A DNA stretch of 64,000 nt, taken from assembly GCA_964016885.1 (NCBI GenBank), contig OZ024741.1, positions 285,634,001 to 285,698,000 on the forward strand, written 5' to 3'. The stretch comes from Eledone cirrhosa. Taxonomy: Eukaryota. The translations under genes and the position numbers were made by a program. Shown piece by piece: positions 43,368 through 59,580 of the stretch. Position 1 is the first letter of the stretch. Each line of letters opens with the position of its first letter. The notes beneath the pieces are model-generated. The model was not told where the DNA came from, did not search any database, and was given only the letters and a program-made list of their open reading frames with translations.

Positions 43368-43811
43368 CCCCACACACACCCCCACACATACATACACACA
43401 CACACGCACACACAATACATACATCCACATGCACACACATACACACACACACACATATACACATACATACACCCACACACAGAGAAATGGCCTTCAAATA
43501 TATATATATATACCTACAGACACATATATTTTTTCCATAATATAAGAAGTTGGGGCAGTGAAATTAAAATACAAGTCATTCTGATCACATTGAGTTCTTC
43601 ATGTAGATTGGGCCCCGCAACCGACAGTGGTGAATTCTGTGTGCGCATATATATATAGATATATGTGTGTGCACGTGCAGGGTTTAACATGGATGTGTTG
43701 GTCACACAAAGGCATGGTCTGTCAATGAATAAACCTGATTCTACAGAATTGGTCTCTGGTCTTTAATAGTAGTGATTCCGTGCGTATGTGTGTTTATATT
43801 TTATGACAATT

Positions 43812-46088
43812 CTATTGGGGTGATAACCCGTTTAGTTTTGGTTTAAATTTGTTAAGGAATAGATTTTCTTTGTTTATTCTTTGTTGCTGTTTGAACGAAT
43901 CTGAGCACTTGTAGAAGGGGAAGATTTTAAAGTTGGGTAGTGTCATTCCTGCGCAGTTCGCAATATGGCTGCTCAAGGGGATTTTTCTTGTGTTAGCGTC
44001 CCGGATTTGTTGGCGGTGGATGGTCATTCTTTTGCGTAATGAGGTGCCTGTCTGTCCTATGTAGTTGTGTTTGCACCCACCGCAAGTTATTGCGTAAATC
44101 AAGTTCTCCGAGTTGCAGGTGAAATTGTTTTTTACTGTAAATGTTTGGCCATCTTTGAATGTAAATGTTTGTCCTTCAGTGAGGTAGAGGCACGTTCCAC
44201 AGTTTGTTCTACCACATTTGGTAACTGTAGGGTTGAGGATTGGTTTGGGTATATTTGGTCCAGTGAGAATGCGTTTAAGTGATTTGGGTTGTCTTTTACT
44301 TTTAAGGATCTTGTGTGTTTCAAGAATAGACTTCATTTTTACATCTTTAAGTAGGATGGGGAGGTTTTTGTGTAGGTGATCAAACATTTCGGTATTTCTG
44401 GGGTTGAAAGTGGATACATATGGCAGGGTGTTGAGTGTGGTTTTCTGTTTTGGATTGTTAAGTTGATGGGGATTTAGGTGTTTTGCCCTGTCTATTCCAT
44501 TGTTGATTATTTCAAGTGGAAAGGCTCTTAAGATAAGGGTGTCTTTTAGTTCCTTTAGTCTTTGCTCCCGTTTAGGTGGATCTGATACTATGGTACATAT
44601 ACGTTTGGCCAAATTGTAAGGAATGTTAAGTTTTGTATGTTTTGGGTGACTTGATGTGAAAAAGAGGTATTGCTTGGAATCTGTGGGTTTATAGAATATA
44701 TCTGTATCTAATTTCCCGTCTATTACAGAGATGAGAATATCCAAGAAGGCTAATTCCTTAGGATTGGATTCCATTGTGAATTGTATGTTATTATCTATGT
44801 TGTTTATCATGTTTTTAAACGTAGTAAGTGAGTTCATGTCTTCTTGCCATAGGATAAAGCAGTCGTCTAGATATCTTTTCCAATTGGCTTTGAGGTGTGT
44901 GTGGAAAGAGTCTCCAAATAAGAGAAGGGACTGACTGTATATTTGTTGTTCATGGAATCCCATGACTAGGTTGGCATATGTGGGTGCTACTTTCGTGCCC
45001 ATTGCCGTACCTGATACTTGTCTGTATGTTGAACCATTGAATGTGAAGTAGTTATTTTGTAGGATAAAGCGGAGTCCGTCAGTGATAAAATCTGTGTTGA
45101 TGCGTGTCGGTATTTCTGATGGGTGTGTGTTAAGCCAGTATTGGACTGCTGTTATTCCATAGTTGTGAGGTATGTTTGTGTAGAGGTTTATTACGTCAAA
45201 GGAGACAAGAATTGTATTTGCACTTACTGTTTTAGGGAGGTGTTTCAGCATGTCAAGGTCATCTCGTATGTAGCTCTGTATATGTTGTAGAAAGGGTTTC
45301 AGTAGGATGTCCAGAAAGTTGCTAAGTCTGTGGGTTTCACATGTAGGGCCTGCTATAATTGGCCTGAGTTTTAGGTCTTCTGGTGGTGTTAGTTCAATGT
45401 AATTGTTGGTTGAGGTGTCACATGCATCGTTTATGGGTTTACATTTGTGAAGTTTCGGTAACCCGTAAAAAGAGCTTGTATTGCATTTGAAGTGGCTTAT
45501 ATAGTTAAACTCTTTTGTGGTTAAGCTGTTGCGGTATTTATTCAGTAAGGTCAAAAGGTTCCCCATTGTTTTGGTGTGTTTGTAGTTTTCTGTTTTTTCA
45601 TAGTATGTGTTGTTTTCTAAAATGTTAAGTGCGAGGGTCCTATAGTAGTCCGTATTCATAATGACAACAGTACTGCCTTTATCGGCTTCTTTGATGGTTA
45701 TCTCAGGGTTGTTTCTAAGTGTGAATAATTCTTCCCATTCGTGTGTAGATAGGTTTGATTTCGTGTGTTTATTTGTAATTTTTTCATAGGGAAAGTTGGT
45801 GATGTGTTCGCAGTACGTGTCCAGTGCTTTATTTCTTCCCTTTTGTGGGCAGAAATTGCTTTTATTTCTAACCAGTGATTCGTCTTCAGTGTTGGTGTCG
45901 TTGTGGAAGAATTCCGTTAGTCGCAGCTTTCGGCAGTATTCCATGATGTCATCCTTCATTTCGGGGAAGTTTGGTTTACGTGGTGTAGGTGTAAATTTCA
46001 GGCCCTTACTTAAAATGTTGATTTGTGTGTTGGTTAGAGGTGTCTTTGAGAGGTTGATTATTTTTGGTTTCTCCTGAGGGGGGGCCAT
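43812..46088 (-). CDS. Penelope-like element polyprotein: reverse transcriptase + GIY-YIG endonuclease, intact 758 aa (Neptune-like)
   Basis: PLE N-terminal IINLS..KGLKFTPTP; RT motifs LRPIIA, VSFDVINLYTNIP, QVSGTAMGTKVAPTYAN, WKRYLDD, FLDI; thumb FTSSHPKHTK; Cys-rich linker CGRTNCGTC; GIY-YIG-type NLIYAITC..YIGQTGTSLRKRMTIH. No stops. Confidence 0.95.
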   Translation of the reverse strand: MAPPQEKPKIINLSKTPLTNTQINILSKGLKFTPTPRKPNFPEMKDDIMEYCRKLRLTEFFHNDTNTEDESLVRNKSNFCPQKGRNKALDTYCEHITNFPYEKITNKHTKSNLSTHEWEELFTLRNNPEITIKEADKGSTVVIMNTDYYRTLALNILENNTYYEKTENYKHTKTMGNLLTLLNKYRNSLTTKEFNYISHFKCNTSSFYGLPKLHKCKPINDACDTSTNNYIELTPPEDLKLRPIIAGPTCETHRLSNFLDILLKPFLQHIQSYIRDDLDMLKHLPKTVSANTILVSFDVINLYTNIPHNYGITAVQYWLNTHPSEIPTRINTDFITDGLRFILQNNYFTFNGSTYRQVSGTAMGTKVAPTYANLVMGFHEQQIYSQSLLLFGDSFHTHLKANWKRYLDDCFILWQEDMNSLTTFKNMINNIDNNIQFTMESNPKELAFLDILISVIDGKLDTDIFYKPTDSKQYLFFTSSHPKHTKLNIPYNLAKRICTIVSDPPKREQRLKELKDTLILRAFPLEIINNGIDRAKHLNPHQLNNPKQKTTLNTLPYVSTFNPRNTEMFDHLHKNLPILLKDVKMKSILETHKILKSKRQPKSLKRILTGPNIPKPILNPTVTKCGRTNCGTCLYLTEGQTFTFKDGQTFTVKNNFTCNSENLIYAITCGGCKHNYIGQTGTSLRKRMTIHRQQIRDANTRKIPLSSHIANCAGMTLPNFKIFPFYKCSDSFKQQQRINKENLFLNKFKPKLNGLSPQ

Positions 46089-46926
46089 CGAGTATCCTGG
46101 TATTTCAGGCTTTTCCCTAAAAAAGGAATGTAGTTTTGTGTGTGATTATATTTTGTTGGTCTGTTGCGTGTGGGTCTGTAGCTTGTTGTTTCATGGGGGT
46201 GAATGTGATGGTGGGGGTGGTATGTGTTGTGGTTGTTGATGAGCAAGGGTTCTGTTGTTGGTTCATGTGGTCTGGGTGCGTTATTTCTGTGGTACAGAGT
46301 GTTGAGGCTGGGGGGTTGTCTTTTGTTGGATTGAGGGTGATGTCTGGTGTGGTTGTGGGTAAGTTCTGTTGTGATTTCAAGTGGTCTGGGTGGATTTCTT
46401 CTGAGGAATGTGGTGTGTGTGTTGTGAGTTGGATCTATGTTATTTCGTCGTTGGTTTATGTAGGGGGCATTTCTACGGAAACCTGTGTTGTGGTGGTTGG
46501 GTGTGTTTCTTTTGGTGTAGTTGGCCGTATTTGGTTTGTGTTGGTGGGGGATGTGCCTGTGGTTAGTGTGTGTTGGGTTTGGTGGTGTAAATGTGTCTGT
46601 TGTAGTTCTTGTTATGTTCAAATGCTTTATAAAGGGGTTACCTGTTTGGTGCGTCCTTTTAAAGTCTTCTTCATATTTGAGGAACCAGTTTTCGGATTTT
46701 TCCCACCGTTTAAGGGAAATAGTTTCTGCATTCTCGCAGCCCTGTTTCCACGATTTGATTAAATTTTGTAGGGTTGTTCCCTCGGCCTTTTTAGTGCATT
46801 CTTCCTCCATATTTTTATCAGTATCCTTATACTCTTGCTCGTTTGAGGTGGCCCTTAATTTTAGGAGTTCTATTTCCATGTTTATCCTGTTGAGTGACAT
46901 TTGTTCACAGAGTTTTCTTTCTGGTT
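46058..46926 (-). CDS. Upstream ORF1 of the PLE (5'-truncated; helical N-part, H/N/T/P/R-rich C-part)
   Basis: 280-aa ORF from the ATG at 46900. The frame stays open upstream (HEPERKLCEQ) up to the inversion junction at ~46927. It overlaps the RT ORF, which lies in the -1 frame. Confidence 0.7.
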
Positions 46927-47953
46927 CATGAACTCACTTACTACGTTTAAAAACATGATAAACAACATAGATAATAACATACAATTCACAATGGAATCCA
47001 ATCCTAAGGAATTAGCCTTCTTGGATATTCTCATCTCTGTAATAGACGGGAAATTAGATACAGATATATTCTATAAACCCACAGATTCCAAGCAATACCT
47101 CTTTTTCACATCAAGTCACCCCAAACATACAAAACTTAACATTCCTTACAATTTGGCCAAACGTATATGTACCATAGTATCAGATCCACCTAAACGGGAG
47201 CAAAGACTAAAGGAACTAAAAGACACCCTTATCTTAAGAGCCTTTCCACTTGAAATAATCAACAATGGAATAGACAGGGCAAAACACCTAAATCCCCATC
47301 AACTTAACAATCCAAAACAGAAAACCACACTCAACACCCTGCCATATGTATCCACTTTCAACCCCAGAAATACCGAAATGTTTGATCACCTACACAAAAA
47401 CCTCCCCATCCTACTTAAAGATGTAAAAATGAAGTCTATTCTTGAAACACACAAGATCCTTAAAAGTAAAAGACAACCCAAATCACTTAAACGCATTCTC
47501 ACTGGACCAAATATACCCAAACCAATCCTCAACCCTACAGTTACCAAATGTGGTAGAACAAACTGTGGAACGTGCCTCTACCTCACTGAAGGACAAACAT
47601 TTACATTCAAAGATGGCCAAACATTTACAGTAAAAAACAATTTCACCTGCAACTCGGAGAACTTGATTTACGCAATAACTTGCGGTGGGTGCAAACACAA
47701 CTACATAGGACAGACGGGCACCTCATTACGCAAAAGAATGACCATCCACCGCCAACAAATCCGGGACGCTAACACAAGAAAAATCCCCTTGAGCAGCCAT
47801 ATTGCGAACTGCGCAGGAATGACACTACCCAACTTTAAAATCTTCCCCTTCTACAAGTGCTCAGATTCGTTCAAACAGCAACAAAGAATAAACAAAGAAA
47901 ATCTATTCCTTAACAAATTTAAACCAAAACTAAACGGGTTATCACCCCAATAG
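46927..47953 (+). pseudogene. Inverted, 5'-truncated copy of the PLE ORF (thumb + GIY-YIG)
   Basis: Translation from MNSLTTFKN to NGLSPQ matches the C-terminal ~340 aa of the 758-aa ORF. It starts just after the YLDD motif, so the RT catalytic core is absent. Confidence 0.9.
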
Positions 47954-48387
47954 AATTGTCATAAAATATAAACACACATACGCACGGAATCACTACTATT
48001 AAAGACCAGAGACCAATTCTGTAGAATCAGGTTTATTCATTGACAGACCATGCCTTTGTGTGACCAACACATCCATGTTAAACCCTGCACGTGCACACAC
48101 ATATATCTATATATATATGCGCACACAGAATTCACCACTGTCGGTTGCGGGGCCCAATCTACATGAAGAACTCAATGTGATCAGAATGACTTGTATTTTA
48201 ATTTCACTGCCCCAACTTCTTATATTATGGAAAAAATATATGTGTCTGTAGGTATATATATATATATTTGAAGGCCATTTCTCTGTGTGTGGGTGTATGT
48301 ATGTGTATATGTGTGTGTGTGTGTATGTGTGTGCATGTGGATGTATGTATTGTGTGTGCGTGTGTGTGTGTGTATGTATGTGTGGGG

Positions 48388-48497
<110 letters not shown>

Positions 48498-48536
48498 ATG
48501 TATGTGTGTATCTGGATGTATGTGTATGTATATACA

Positions 48537-48597
<61 letters not shown>

Positions 48598-48666
48598 ATG
48601 TGTATATATATGTGTGTGTGTGTATGTGTGTATGTATATGTATATGTGTGTGTGTATGTATGTGTG

Positions 48667-48703
<37 letters not shown>

Positions 48704-49051
48704 GTATATGTATGTATGTGTGGATGAAGGTATGTGTGTATATATAGGTGTAAGTGCACTAAATCCCTTTCTATCACGCTCCACTCTCCTACCCATCACA
48801 GGAAGATATGTGTATGTATATTGCTTCCACCCCCTCACTGACCAGCAGCTGGCGATTGCTAAATCTGACCTTTATAAAATAACCCACACCCCAAATAACT
48901 TCTCATTCACTACCAGAAAGGGACACAGCAGTCAACCTGTTGTTGCTACCAAGATGAAAACTGCTATGAAATCCCACAATGAATTTTATACTTGAATTTT
49001 CAAGTCTCAAATTTTAACTCTTCGTATTATTAATTTTTCTTAATATTAATC

Positions 49052-49099
49052 AACATTTGAAAAGATGGCTTTTGCAGACCCATCGAAACCGGTCATTTT
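49052..49099 (+). ncRNA. Minimal type I hammerhead ribozyme, U3-A8 core variant
   Basis: aacat-TTGAAAA-gatgg/ccatc (stem II)-GAAA-ccgg-TC^atttt; palindromic stem III and GUC site; weak stem I. Confidence 0.75.
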
Positions 49100-49199
49100 T
49101 TATACCCTTTATTATTTCCTTACCTTATAAAATTATGTTTTTTCACAAAAAAGTATTCTGTCTCTTATATATTCCATGTGCCATTACCAACCTCAATTT

Positions 49200-51915
<2,716 letters not shown>

Positions 51916-51917
<2 letters not shown>

Positions 51918-52300
51918 CGGCCACTACTTTATATCCATGTAGGAGAACCCCTACCGATGCGCTTAACGAGTGCGACTTTTTAGTCCAGCCAGCGACTTGA
52001 AAACTCTGGTACAAACACTAAACTTGTTCAATTATTGACACATAGTGCTGGGCCCATGGTACCATGTGACGACAAGTGCAGAGAGGTCTCCAGATATAAA
52101 GCAATGCCTGTGCCGTGAAGCTTTTATAGTGAGCAATGGAACTGCACAAAGCCAGTCCCACTCTCTTAACCAAGATGATATTTACCAAAAAGAAGAACAA
52201 GTCAACATTATTGGATACCATCAGGGTTGCAGGTGTTATACCAGAGTTTTCCTTCTCCTAGAATTCTGCCTTGACAAAGGCTAAGGGGTCATCTCTCCCG
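51916..52300 (-). mobile_element. Same RTE-related element, truncated at both ends
   Basis: High similarity to ~37762-38145. Confidence 0.8.
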
Positions 52301-52355
52301 TATGTATATATGTACATATATATATATACATACATATATACATATATATATAGAG

Positions 52356-52502
<147 letters not shown>

Positions 52503-52523
52503 CATATATACATATATATATAC

Positions 52524-52554
<31 letters not shown>

Positions 52555-52575
52555 CATATATACATATATATATAC

Positions 52576-52606
<31 letters not shown>

Positions 52607-52611
52607 CATAG

Positions 52612-52672
<61 letters not shown>

Positions 52673-52763
52673 CATATATATATACATATATATATATATA
52701 CATATATATATACATATATATACACATACATATATATATGTACATATATATATATATACATCC

Positions 52764-52813
<50 letters not shown>

Positions 52814-52856
52814 GCATACATATATACATATATATATATATACATATATATATATA

Positions 52857-52900
<44 letters not shown>

Positions 52901-52945
52901 TATACATACATATATATATATACATACATATATATATATATACAG

Positions 52946-53025
<80 letters not shown>

Positions 53026-53034
53026 ATATATATA

Positions 53035-54330
53035 AATTAATATAAATAATGAATGAAAACAAAGAAACAGTTCCTTATATTAAAAAATTCATCATTTTAC
53101 GATCGTTTCTAGGATATATATGTGTATGTTGGTATGTATATCATATAGATCTATGTAAAATGTTTACCAACTATCAGAGGGAATATACATACCTACACAT
53201 ATATATGTTGTCTTCAGAAATAATGATATTTGTTTATTGAAAAAAAAACAACGAAGATTTAATATAATAGGTCTGTTTGGGAACAGGTTTTGAATTGACC
53301 AATAGAAAGGTAGTAAGTGGTCAAGATGGTAGAATAGTAGTAATGGAACTTTAATTTAGGGGTAGAGGAAAGCAGATTTCAGTTTTGAATGGAAAGAATA
53401 TATTGAATGAAAAGATTATTTTGGGGGTGAAAATAGGTGAAGTCGGTAAAAGATACACGAAAATTTGATGTTATAAAAGAATAATGCTAATGTAAATATC
53501 TAAGGAGAATAACATTTTACGATAAATGTGTTAGTGAAAAATATCAATCTTATTTAAAACATAAGGAATTTACATCTATAAAAAAAAATAAATTAATTAA
53601 ATTGATAGGTATATTTATATTGATAAATTTATATTAATTCATATAGATATGATAAATAAGAGTTAGATGTAATTTGAAGAATGCTATTTTTATCAAATAC
53701 ATCCTGGTTAGACGAAAGGTTAGAAATTCTGAGTGAGATATTATATGCTAGGTTTTTAAGGATAGATTTAGGGTGATTAGATTGTGAGTGTATGTAATGT
53801 AAGTTTTGGTTAGGTTTATGGGAAGGTTGGTAGATACCCGTAGATAAGTCTAAAGTTATATCAAGGAAATTAACTACTTTACTTGTGTTTTCAAATGTAA
53901 TAGTGATACTATAATAGTCTTTGAGGAAAGTTCTAATAAGTTTTTTTATATTTTTCAATTTCTGGTAGGCTAAGGTTAGTGGAAAGAAGCAGACAGTCAT
54001 CACGATATAAACTACCTTTAAGGTGGGGAAAAGAAGCATTTATGTTAAATAGAAGAAAGAGGCCCACAAGATCGGTAATTTGGGCAGAATCACTAGACCC
54101 CATAATAATGTCGAATAGATTACTATATGTATTTCCGGTCCTTCTGAAATTCCAGTAGTGTTTGTCTAGCGTGCGTGATAATATTAATGTCATCCATAGT
54201 TAAGTTTCATCTATTTTTGGCAAATATCAAGGCTTTGTTCAGGAGTATGGGTGATATAGAGGGATAATAAGCATCTATATGGTGATATATGGGTGATATA
54301 GAGGGATAATAAACATCTATATAATAAGCA
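53035..54330 (-). mobile_element. Decayed, internally deleted PLE (RT remnants + pLTR)
   Basis: FDIIMGSSDSAQITDLVGL, GSLYRDD, VNFLDITLDL, YIHSQSNHPKSI, split by frameshifts. Confidence 0.88.
53090..53225 (-). ncRNA. Hammerhead motif with a ~100-nt stem II
   Basis: cattattt-CTGAAGA-[long imperfect hairpin]-GAAA-cgatcg-TA^aaatgatg; 8-bp stem I; base of stem II mismatched. Confidence 0.68.
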
Positions 54331-54429
54331 TTTATAACAATAAGTATACATATAAACTATTTTAATTTCCTGGTATGAATCTAAATTCCTTGTAATCTAT
54401 ATATTTCTCACTAATACATTTATCCCCCC

Positions 54430-55720
54430 CAAAAAATGTTTTTCCTTCGTGGATCAGATCCACCGAAACTCAGCTGTTTCGGACCATACCAAAATCAACA
54501 TACTGATTGCGGATTTGGTACGGGTGATGAGAAACGTGTCCCGCATGTGCAACCCCGAAGAACTAGAGAGACACATACAACACTTCATCCAGCGTATGCA
54601 GTTCTCTGGTTACAATCAGAGAGATAAAATCAGAGTGTATAGAGGAGCCAGAACCAAATGGGAAAAAATGGTAAATAATGACACAAATAATGTATAGGGG
54701 CAAATTTTGGAATAGAATAGAAAGAACTAGGAATAAGGTTAATAGAATAAACTCATGGTATCATAGCAATAAATACAAGATTTTAATGTTCATCGATACA
54801 ACCCCTAGAGGTGAATTAGCTTACAATTTAGAAGGGCCCTAGATAAACATAAACTCAATATTAAGATAGTAGAAAGACCAGGTACCTCCATAAAAATACT
54901 TATTAGCAAGACATACCCTTTTCAAAGACCTCCCTGTATAGATAAGAAATGTATAATCTGTAAATTAAGCCCCCATATTAACTGTAAAACTAGAAATGTA
55001 GTATATAGCATAAGATGTACTGAAGGACAATGTAGAGATAAAAATATAGTGTACATAGGTGAGACAGCTCGTAGTATAGGGGAACGGATAAATGAACACT
55101 GGCGAGACCTTCAAGATAGTAAAGAATCATCTGTACTCTACCAACATGCTAAAATAGAACATAAGGGTAAATTAGAGAACAGAAATAAAAATAGAATCTA
55201 CACACAGAAAAGACGCAATGTTTAGATAAATCACAGAGGCAATAAACATAAATGAATTACAACCAAAATTAAATAGAAAACATGAGTGGAACACCAACAT
55301 CACGACTTACAATTAAGGACAAAATGAAAACACACACGCACATAGAACAAACAACCAACCAGTAACATGTAAATAAACAAATAAATAAACGAATATAAAC
55401 ACACACAGACACCCGGATGTAACACATGCGCAAACTAAGCACACAACACACACACAAAAACAAGATGGCGTAGGACAGAACAAAGGAGAAGCACAACAAA
55501 CAAAGAAAAGAATCCCCAGTCACTGAAGAGGTCACATAATGTGTGACCAAAGAACTTTGACAATATATAAACAACCATCTGGTTGTGGAACCAACCAACC
55601 AACCAACCGGAAATTTATAAATTACTAAATTTATAAATTTATTATAATAAATTGAAGTGAAAGCTACTGGTGCGTGTGTTTCTTATTGGCAACATGACCC
55701 TCCCAAAGTATAAAAACACA
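54430..55720 (+). mobile_element. Decayed PLE of a different lineage (thumb + GIY-YIG + pLTR)
   Basis: MQFSGY; IKIVERPG; CIDKKCIIC; NCKTRNVVYSIRC..YIGETARSIGERINEH; 3' UTR related to the 36.8-40.8 kb repeats. Confidence 0.85.
55519..55561 (+). ncRNA. Minimal hammerhead motif lacking G12
   Basis: gtca-CTGAAGA-ggtcaca/tgtgacc-AAA-gaac-TT^tgac. Related degenerate copies lie at ~37002-37040(+), ~39820-39856(-) and ~40506-40545(+). Confidence 0.6.
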
Positions 55721-55850
55721 TATATATATATATATATATGCATATATATATACATATATATACATATATATATACATATATATATTCATATATATATATA
55801 TATACATATATATATTCATATATATATATATATATATATACATATATATA

Positions 55851-55898
<48 letters not shown>

Positions 55899-56283
55899 TA
55901 TATAAATATATATACATATATACGTATATATATACATATACATACATATATATACATATATATACATATATATATACAATTATATATATATATATATACA
56001 TACATATATATACATATATATATATACTTATATATATATTTATATACATATATATATACATATATATATATACATATATATACATATATATATTTATATA
56101 CATATATATATACATATATATATATACATATATATACATATATATATACATATATATATACATATATATATATTCATATATATATACATATATATATATA
56201 CATATATATATACATATATATAAACATATATATATATATAAAGACATATATATACAGATATATATACATATATATATACATAC

Positions 56284-56356
<73 letters not shown>

Positions 56357-56598
56357 CATATATAATTATATATATACATATATATATATATATACATATA
56401 CATATACATATATATACACGGACATATACATATATATACATATATATATACATATATATACATATACATATATATACACGGACATATACATATATATACA
56501 TATATATATACATATATATACATATACATATATTTTCTCTATATATACATATATATATATATATATATACATATATATACATATACATATATTTTCTC

Positions 56599-56784
<186 letters not shown>

Positions 56785-56789
56785 TACAT

Positions 56790-57197
56790 ATAACAAGAAA
56801 AAAGAATATCGATTATAACGTGACCTGGAGTGTGCTCAAAAGGGCCACCCCTTATCAAAATAATAGGTCTGAATGTAGATTATATTCCCAGGAACGTTTT
56901 GAAATAATGAAATCTAAGGATATCCTATTAAATAAGCGACAAGAATTAATTATATTATGTAATCATAGAATTAGAAAAACTTTCAAATATTATAAACCTA
57001 TTAATATACACTTATATTTTACAAATTATTATAATTAATTTTTTTTAAATTAGTTAACCTATATTTAATATTCTACTACTAATCTATATGATATACATAC
57101 CAACCCACACATATATCCAAGAAACGATCGTAAAATGATGAATATTTTAATATAAGGAACTGTTTCTTTGTTTTTATTCATTATTTTTATTAATTTA
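56790..57197 (+). mobile_element. PLE GIY-YIG C-terminal fragment + partial pLTR
   Basis: [41 protein letters not shown]; 57082-57197 is an inverted match to 53035-53150. Confidence 0.8.
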
Positions 57198-57202
57198 CAT
57201 AT

Positions 57203-57251
<49 letters not shown>

Positions 57252-57252
57252 C

Positions 57253-57335
<83 letters not shown>

Positions 57336-57352
57336 TATATACATACATATAG

Positions 57353-57397
<45 letters not shown>

Positions 57398-57402
57398 CAT
57401 AC

Positions 57403-57645
<243 letters not shown>

Positions 57646-57646
57646 C

Positions 57647-57825
<179 letters not shown>

Positions 57826-57836
57826 CATATATATAC

Positions 57837-57905
<69 letters not shown>

Positions 57906-57939
57906 CATATATATATATATATATATAAATATATATATA

Positions 57940-59580
57940 CTCTTTTACTCTTTTACCTGTTCCAGCCGTACGGCTGAGGCCATGCTGGGGCACCGCGCTT
58001 GTTGCTACACATTTCATCTCCAGCCTGTATTGGTTGGCCACTGATGTAAGAGGGAGTTTACTGCTGCTGCCCTTAGGTTTCCCTCCTGCCTTGCTGTGGG
58101 CTCATCCGGGATCCTGGATAGCAAGGTGTCGAGATGTTTCTTGAAGACATCCATCTCCACACCATGTAGATCTCTCAGATCCCTCGGCAGCGTGTTGAAG
58201 ATTTGAGAGCCCTTGAATCCCAGGCTATTGCAATATCTGCTCCTTATTCTAGATGTGGAAGACGGGACCTTTGGCACCACACAGTGATGTCCTGTTCGAA
58301 GATTGGTCCAGCTCCCAATGCCAAAGTTTGGTGCTAGTCCCTCCATGATTTTCCACATATAGATCACTGCGTATCTCTCCCGTCTTCGTTCCAAGGAGTA
58401 GAGGTTCAGTTCTTTTAGCCTCTCTCAGTAGCTTATCTCTTTCATCGTGGCAATCCTCTTGGTGTAGCTTCGCTGGATTGCCTCAAGCTCCGTGGTTAGT
58501 TTGACACTATGGGGTGACCACAACTGGGAGCTATAGTCCAGGCGGCTTAGGACAAATGTCCTCCATAGTGTCAACGTGGTGTCTCGGTCTCTTGTCCGGA
58601 AAGACCTCAAGATCCAGCCAGCGAGTCGTCTGCACATTGTCCCCACTTTCATGATGTGTGAGGAAAAAGATGCATCATCGCTCATGTCTATACCCAGGTC
58701 TCGGATCGAATTTTACACGGGCATATCGGTCCCTCCTGGTCCTGTGTAATTGTGTTGTACTATATTTGTGTTTGCAGGTTTGTTTGGAGGTTTGTATTGT
58801 AGGGCTTCGAATGTGCCAGCATTAAACTGCATGTTGTTTTCTTCCGCCCATTTGTATATGGTATCCAGATCTTGTCGTGAAAGCGCAGCGTCAGCCGGAT
58901 TTTTGATTGCCCGTGCTACCTTAGTGTCATCAGTATAGCTAGTGAGGTATGTTGTTGTATGTATTACAGAAGGCATGTCGGAGAGAGCCACCAAAAACAC
59001 TAGTGGCCCCAGTACTGTCCCTTGGGGCACCCCATTTGTTATTGATGTTTCCATTGAGAGGGCCCCGTTTGCTGCGACTGTCTGGCTTCTGTCCTTTAAG
59101 AAGTTATGCAGCCACTCACCTACTTTTCCAGTTATGCCGAGTCCGTGTAGTTTGTGATATATCATTCCGTGGTCGACCTTGTCAAAGGCCTTCGCAAAGT
59201 CAAGATATATCACGTCCACATGTGAGCTGTCTAGCAGTTGTTTCAGTACCCAGTCGTAATGATGTAGCAGCTGTATAAGACAGCTTCTTCCTGGGCAGAA
59301 GCCATGCTGCGAGGAAAGTGATCAGTTTCTTTCTGACAACTCGCTCCATGACCTTACTGATATGCGACGTCAGGGAGACTGGCCTATAGTTTTTGGCCTC
59401 CTCTCTGCTACCTCATTCATGGATAGGGTATATTGTGCCTTCTTACAGCTCCCTGGGTAGTATACCGCTAGACAAGGAGCTTCTGAAGAGCGTCCTCAGT
59501 GGAGTTGCTAAGGCCCGCTTATATGTTTTTAAGAGGACTGCTGGGATTCAATCAGGTCCAGCAGCTGCCTTTCCCATCTC
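57940..59580 (-). mobile_element. 5'-truncated, decayed CR1-group LINE (RT + 3' end)
   Basis: YRPVSLTSHISKV, DVIYLDFAKAFDKVDH, GVPQGTVLGP, SYTDDTK, RDLGI, SLERRRERY. The tail gtaaaagagtaaaagag runs into (TA)n. Confidence 0.92.

Noticed and set aside
46136-46931. Plus-strand 208-aa and 136-aa ORFs
   Set aside because: Antisense shadows of the CA-rich ORF1.
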